From: Bacillales bacterium UBA4855
GTDB lineage: Bacteria; Bacillota_I; Bacilli_A; RFN20; CAG-826
DNA length: 64,000 nt
Reading direction: 5' to 3'
Assembly: GCA_002399785.1 (NCBI GenBank)
Contig: DHEH01000002.1
Span: 97,265 to 161,264 of the forward strand
Shown: positions 59,913 through 64,000 of the stretch, piece after piece
Layout: every line of letters begins with the position of its first letter
Position numbering within the stretch: position 1 is the stretch's first letter
Translations under genes and position numbers: made by a program
Notes under the pieces: model-generated
Database searches by the model: none
Seen by the model: only the letters and a program-made list of their open reading frames with translations
Told to the model about the DNA's origin: nothing

Positions 59913-60926
59913 TTACTTATTAATTTGCTTCTTAATTTTACGACATTTTTCAATAAATTCTGGATGGTTTATATACCAAATAATAGTGTCTAAAAAAGCA
60001 CTATCAAAATCACAAAATTCAATGTTAGTTAAATGCTTTATTTTGTCGTTTGTAATGCTATATTTTTTGTCATTAATCTTTCGACCAACTTCTCTAAAAA
60101 TCTCGTAATCGTGGTGCTTTCCGGTGAAATAATCCACATCTTTAATAATCTTATCAACAATTGTAATATTGTTTTTAAAATTTTGACTAGAGATATTATA
60201 AATTTCTCCATTAACTCCAATTTTAACCACTTCATGAATGGCGTTAACGTTATCTCCTACAAATAGCCGGTCACGAACGTTTTGTCCATCACCATAAAGG
60301 ACAATATTTTCTCCATATAATAAGGAAGAGAGAGTATGAGGAATTAATTTATCAATAAATTGACGAGGTCCGAAGTTATTAGCGCTTCTAGTAATAGAAA
60401 TTTGCATTGGACTCTTATCGACATAACTTAAACACATCAAATCTCCTTTAGCTTTCGATGATGAATAAGGATTCAATGGTCTTAAAGGACTCTTTTCGTC
60501 AAATTTTGTTGTATCATTATCGATATCGACATCTCCATAAACTTCATCTGTAGAGATCTGCACAAACTTTTTAACTTTAAATTTAATTCCGGCATTCAAT
60601 AGATTTTGAAGGCCTTTTACATTGGTTTTTTCAAATATCTTAGGATTTTTAAAAGAATAATCAACACTAGTTTCGGCCGCAAAATTAATGACAATATCTG
60701 GTTTAAAATCTTTAAATATTTTATTAACCAAAATTTTATTATTAATATTGCATTTTTTAAAAGAAACGTTCGATAAAATAAGAATATCTTTGATATTATC
60801 GATAAAACCAGTGTTATTTAAAACATCTAATACAAGAAATTGATTGCCACTCTCTAAAGGGGCGTAATAATTTACAAAATATGAACCGATAAAACCTAAA
60901 CCACCAGTAATTACGATTCTACTCAT
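59913..60926 (-). CDS. NAD-dependent epimerase/dehydratase (dTDP-glucose 4,6-dehydratase-like)
   Basis: GGLGFIGS Rossmann motif; catalytic YSSSK (YxxxK). Confidence 0.8.
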   Translation of the reverse strand: MSRIVITGGLGFIGSYFVNYYAPLESGNQFLVLDVLNNTGFIDNIKDILILSNVSFKKCNINNKILVNKIFKDFKPDIVINFAAETSVDYSFKNPKIFEKTNVKGLQNLLNAGIKFKVKKFVQISTDEVYGDVDIDNDTTKFDEKSPLRPLNPYSSSKAKGDLMCLSYVDKSPMQISITRSANNFGPRQFIDKLIPHTLSSLLYGENIVLYGDGQNVRDRLFVGDNVNAIHEVVKIGVNGEIYNISSQNFKNNITIVDKIIKDVDYFTGKHHDYEIFREVGRKINDKKYSITNDKIKHLTNIEFCDFDSAFLDTIIWYINHPEFIEKCRKIKKQINK

Positions 60927-61403
60927 TTATTTTCCACTATAATCGACTGTAATTCGTAAAGTATCTTCAATACCAGCTGGACCACCATCATTAGCTTCGC
61001 ACGTAACAGTAACAATTTGATATGGAACAGTCTTATCGGGTAAATCACGAATTAATAATTGTCCAGAATAGGCATCGATAAATGATATGTAATTATTACT
61101 TGTACAAGAATAAATATACGCACTTGATTTTGTGGCGTTTTCTGGAAGAACATAGGTTGTAAAATAATAGCTCATTGCTGGAGTTACTCCATCAGTGTCA
61201 TAAACATTAGGTTTGTATTTTAATGTTAAAATCTTTTGTTCTTTATCAAAATTTGTATAAGGATTCGCTTTAGAATCTCTTATTTCGACCGATTCGATAT
61301 AAACAGTTGGTTGTATACCTTGGGCCACCACCCCAAAAAATCCTACAAACACAATTGCAAGTAATGATATAAGTCCGATAACTAAAATTGTACTTTTTTT
61401 CAT
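60927..61403 (-). CDS. N-terminally anchored extracytoplasmic beta-rich protein, unknown function
   Basis: 158 aa; signal-anchor helix; abuts both neighbouring genes (operonic). Confidence 0.5.
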   Translation of the reverse strand: MKKSTILVIGLISLLAIVFVGFFGVVAQGIQPTVYIESVEIRDSKANPYTNFDKEQKILTLKYKPNVYDTDGVTPAMSYYFTTYVLPENATKSSAYIYSCTSNNYISFIDAYSGQLLIRDLPDKTVPYQIVTVTCEANDGGPAGIEDTLRITVDYSGK

Positions 61404-63103
61404 TATTCACCACCCCTATAAATCAATTTTACTCTTCTATCAAAGAGAACAATATTAATAATTAAAAATCCTGCGCCAATAAAAGCCATCTTAATATATG
61501 AAGTAGTTAAAGAATCTTTAAAATAATAATAAAACAAGACCATCAAAACTACGGGAATTAAAAACGCTAACATAGTTGATTTATTTTCGCTCTTTGAACT
61601 ACTTACATCACTCATAAATTGACTTCTTAAATTTGTAAAATCTAAAGAAGCTGAAAAAAGCATATGACCAATATAAATAAATATGATAGATAATGCAAAA
61701 TACGCGGTCAAAGTGCCATCAATTTCTTTTAAAGCCGAAAATACATAACAAGAAATAGATAAAGAAATAACTCCAATTGTCATAGGTAAAATTAACTTCG
61801 ATAAAAGAATAAAATTGCTCTTACGAGGATAAACTCTATTGTAAGCAAAAGCAGTACCTTCCCTAGAATATGCACTCGCAATAACAGAATTAGTTGACAT
61901 AGCAATTATTGATATTAATAAGTAATTGATCACGACTACATAAATCTCACCATTAATATTTAATTCCATTGCCCCAAAAATTTTATTTACTAATGCAACA
62001 AATAAAGGAAGAATTGCAAAAGTTCCGATAATGGACATCATAAGCGATGGATCACCACCAAACATCATCAATTCTTTATGGATTTGTGCATGAACAAAAC
62101 TATTCTTTCTGATTTTGTTCGAGTGAACCAAACTTGTTGATTCAAACTCAAAAGATTTTGACGAAAACTTAAAATAGATAGGATTGACTACTAATATTAC
62201 GACAAAATACAAAACTACACCACTTCCAATGAGAGTCAATAAAACATATAAAGAGTTGAAAGTTAAGAAGTCAACATTGTATCCGTCAAATGTACCGCAA
62301 GCAAAATTAGTCAATAAATAAAAACCATTCAAATAAGATTCATAACCATTTAAAATTACCTGAATTTTTTTAAAATATGGGGCCCAGTCTTTAAAGATAT
62401 TAACCTTATCAGGAATTTGCATTAAAAGCCAAGCAGCAAACCAAATGATTAAACCACCAAAAATAAAATACACAATAAATTTAATTAAAGAATTTGCTTT
62501 TAAGAAACGAACGACGTAGTAGGTTGGAATCGAAAGAAGGCTACCAAACAAAACTTCAACAAAAGTAATTATTATCCAAGCTACAAATAACCAAATATAT
62601 GTGTACCATGGGAAAGAAAATAACACCATATAACCAAGCAATAAAGGTACTTGAATTAATAAATTACGCACATACTCGCTTAAAAAGAAAGAAAACATAC
62701 GAGCTACAAAAATAGTGTTACCATTGCAAGGATATGTCATCATTAATCGATTATCTTCGCTAAAATACAATGTTTTTACTAATCCTAAAACCAAATTAAA
62801 GAAACCTAAAATCAGAATAAAGGTCGATAATAAAGATGGAACTGTAATAGGAACAGTAGGTAAAACACTAAAAATATTAAACATTTTGCAAACATAATAA
62901 AACCCAAAACTGATTGCTACTAAAACAACAAATAAAATTAATGAGGTTAATAATTTAATTAATGTTTTTTTCTTATTAGCTTTAAAAGATAGAGAAAAAC
63001 GATCTTGTAAAAGCATCTTTGATAAAACAAAAAAAGATGAAAAATCGATAGAAAATCTTTCTTTTAGTTTATTTTGTTTTTTTGCTTTTATCGTTTCGTT
63101 CAT
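61403..63103 (-). CDS. polytopic membrane protein, putative ABC exporter permease component
   Basis: 566 aa with at least 10 hydrophobic helices; immediately downstream of an ABC-2-type ATPase. Confidence 0.55.
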   Translation of the reverse strand: MNETIKAKKQNKLKERFSIDFSSFFVLSKMLLQDRFSLSFKANKKKTLIKLLTSLILFVVLVAISFGFYYVCKMFNIFSVLPTVPITVPSLLSTFILILGFFNLVLGLVKTLYFSEDNRLMMTYPCNGNTIFVARMFSFFLSEYVRNLLIQVPLLLGYMVLFSFPWYTYIWLFVAWIIITFVEVLFGSLLSIPTYYVVRFLKANSLIKFIVYFIFGGLIIWFAAWLLMQIPDKVNIFKDWAPYFKKIQVILNGYESYLNGFYLLTNFACGTFDGYNVDFLTFNSLYVLLTLIGSGVVLYFVVILVVNPIYFKFSSKSFEFESTSLVHSNKIRKNSFVHAQIHKELMMFGGDPSLMMSIIGTFAILPLFVALVNKIFGAMELNINGEIYVVVINYLLISIIAMSTNSVIASAYSREGTAFAYNRVYPRKSNFILLSKLILPMTIGVISLSISCYVFSALKEIDGTLTAYFALSIIFIYIGHMLFSASLDFTNLRSQFMSDVSSSKSENKSTMLAFLIPVVLMVLFYYYFKDSLTTSYIKMAFIGAGFLIINIVLFDRRVKLIYRGGE

Positions 63104-63105
63104 TT

Positions 63106-63912
63106 TTATCTAGCTTCTTCTTTCTTTTCTTCTTCGATAAATTTTTCAGCTTCTTCCGTTGAATCAGCTGTTTTTTCAAGAAATAATGTTTCAAGATCAA
63201 TATGTTTATCTTTTAAATCTTGAATATTAGCACTCAAAACAAAATCACCATGACGAATAATAATTACTTCATCACAAAGGTTATTAACAACATCGATTAA
63301 GTGGCTTGAAAAGAATACAATATTGCCTTTTTTAGCATGTTCTCTCATACATTCCTTAATCTCAAAAATTGAGTTAGGGTCAACACCAGTCATAGGTTCA
63401 TCAAGAATCCAAATTTTTGGATTATGAATTAAAGCACCGATGATGGTGATTTTTTGTTTCATACCATGAGAATAAGTTTTCATCTGCTTATCAAAAGCGG
63501 CTTTCATACCTAATCTATCAAGTAAATCAACGAGTCTAGTTTCACGATCTTCTTTAGAAACACCGTATAAATCTGCAATATAACTAATATATTGTCTGCC
63601 AGTTAAATTCTCATATAAAGCATAGTGATCAGGAACAAAACCAATGCATTCTTTAGCTTCGATTGGTTGATGTTCAATATCATATCCACAAATTGAAATA
63701 CGTCCACTATTAAATGTATGCATTCCAACTATTGACTTAATAATAGTAGATTTTCCAGCACCATTTTTTCCAAGGAAGCCATATATTTTTCCTTCTTCGA
63801 GCTTAATTGAGAAATCTTTAACTGCAGTATTTTTACTGTTACCGTATCTTTTTTCAAGGTGCGTTATTTCAAGTGACGCCTTAACGTTTGGATCATAATG
63901 AATTTTTTTCAT
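63106..63912 (-). CDS. ABC transporter ATP-binding protein (ABC-2/DrrA-like)
   Basis: GKNGAGKST, SHGMKQKITIIGAL, ILDEP. Start set at MKKIHYD (ATG 63912, GGGAGAGG RBS). Confidence 0.88.
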   Translation of the reverse strand: MKKIHYDPNVKASLEITHLEKRYGNSKNTAVKDFSIKLEEGKIYGFLGKNGAGKSTIIKSIVGMHTFNSGRISICGYDIEHQPIEAKECIGFVPDHYALYENLTGRQYISYIADLYGVSKEDRETRLVDLLDRLGMKAAFDKQMKTYSHGMKQKITIIGALIHNPKIWILDEPMTGVDPNSIFEIKECMREHAKKGNIVFFSSHLIDVVNNLCDEVIIIRHGDFVLSANIQDLKDKHIDLETLFLEKTADSTEEAEKFIEEEKKEEAR

Positions 63913-64000
63913 ATTAATTCCTCTCCCTTTTTCATATTTTATAAACCTTAACTTAGATTCTTTATACATTTTATTTTTGTCAGCAAGCATAATAAACTCA

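Noticed and set aside
1-64000. Mycoplasma-type genetic code (TGA = Trp).
   Set aside because: All conserved genes are full length with TGG for Trp and no internal TGA, so code 11 explains the ORF structure.
1-64000. CRISPR arrays, rRNA genes, prophage structural genes and recognisable defence islands.
   Set aside because: I saw no regularly spaced direct repeats, no rRNA-like GC-rich blocks and no phage or defence hallmark proteins when reading the ORFs and the spacers.

Overview
Visibly AT-rich bacterial chromosome segment. It uses the standard code: Trp is TGG, conserved genes have no in-frame TGA, and every translation gene I checked ends in TAA. Gene content and local synteny resemble low-GC Bacillota. 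ylbF-rsmD-coaD, spx/CYTH/nadK and the S10-spc-alpha order all match Bacillus-type arrangements. My inference is a reduced, host-associated Mollicutes-, Acholeplasma- or Erysipelotrichia-like lineage. The core of the window (44.2-59.7 kb, minus strand) is one uninterrupted ribosomal-protein/secY/adk/map/infA/rpoA supercluster of 29 genes, including an unannotated 38-codon rpmJ. rpmD (L30) is absent. Many ribosomal proteins carry long Ala/Lys/Glu/Thr-rich N- or C-terminal extensions. The rest is mostly housekeeping: typA, cls, proS, guaA, def, RNase J, nadK, coaD and trxA. There are also several ABC systems (MacB-like, phosphonate phnDCEE, ABC-2), three tRNAs (Gly-UCC, Ser-GCU, Ser-CGA), one IS30-family element, an XRE/ImmA regulatory pair next to tRNA-Ser, and a surface lipoprotein island at 29.8-34 kb. 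No rRNA genes or CRISPR array were seen. Four signals are worth a second look. (1) Five in-frame stop codons plus two homopolymer frameshifts are confined to accessory, surface and transport genes. (2) A 16-nt motif identical in two copies, with a diverged third copy, lies 6-8 nt 3' of three minus-strand stop codons. (3) An XRE-ImmA-zinc-ribbon membrane protein trio sits at tRNA-Ser without an integrase. (4) Several domains have lost their catalytic residues (EAL-like, PTS-EIIB-like, HepT-like). I do not see a clearly recognisable defence or secondary-metabolite system. All functional calls come from motif recognition by eye, not from database searches.
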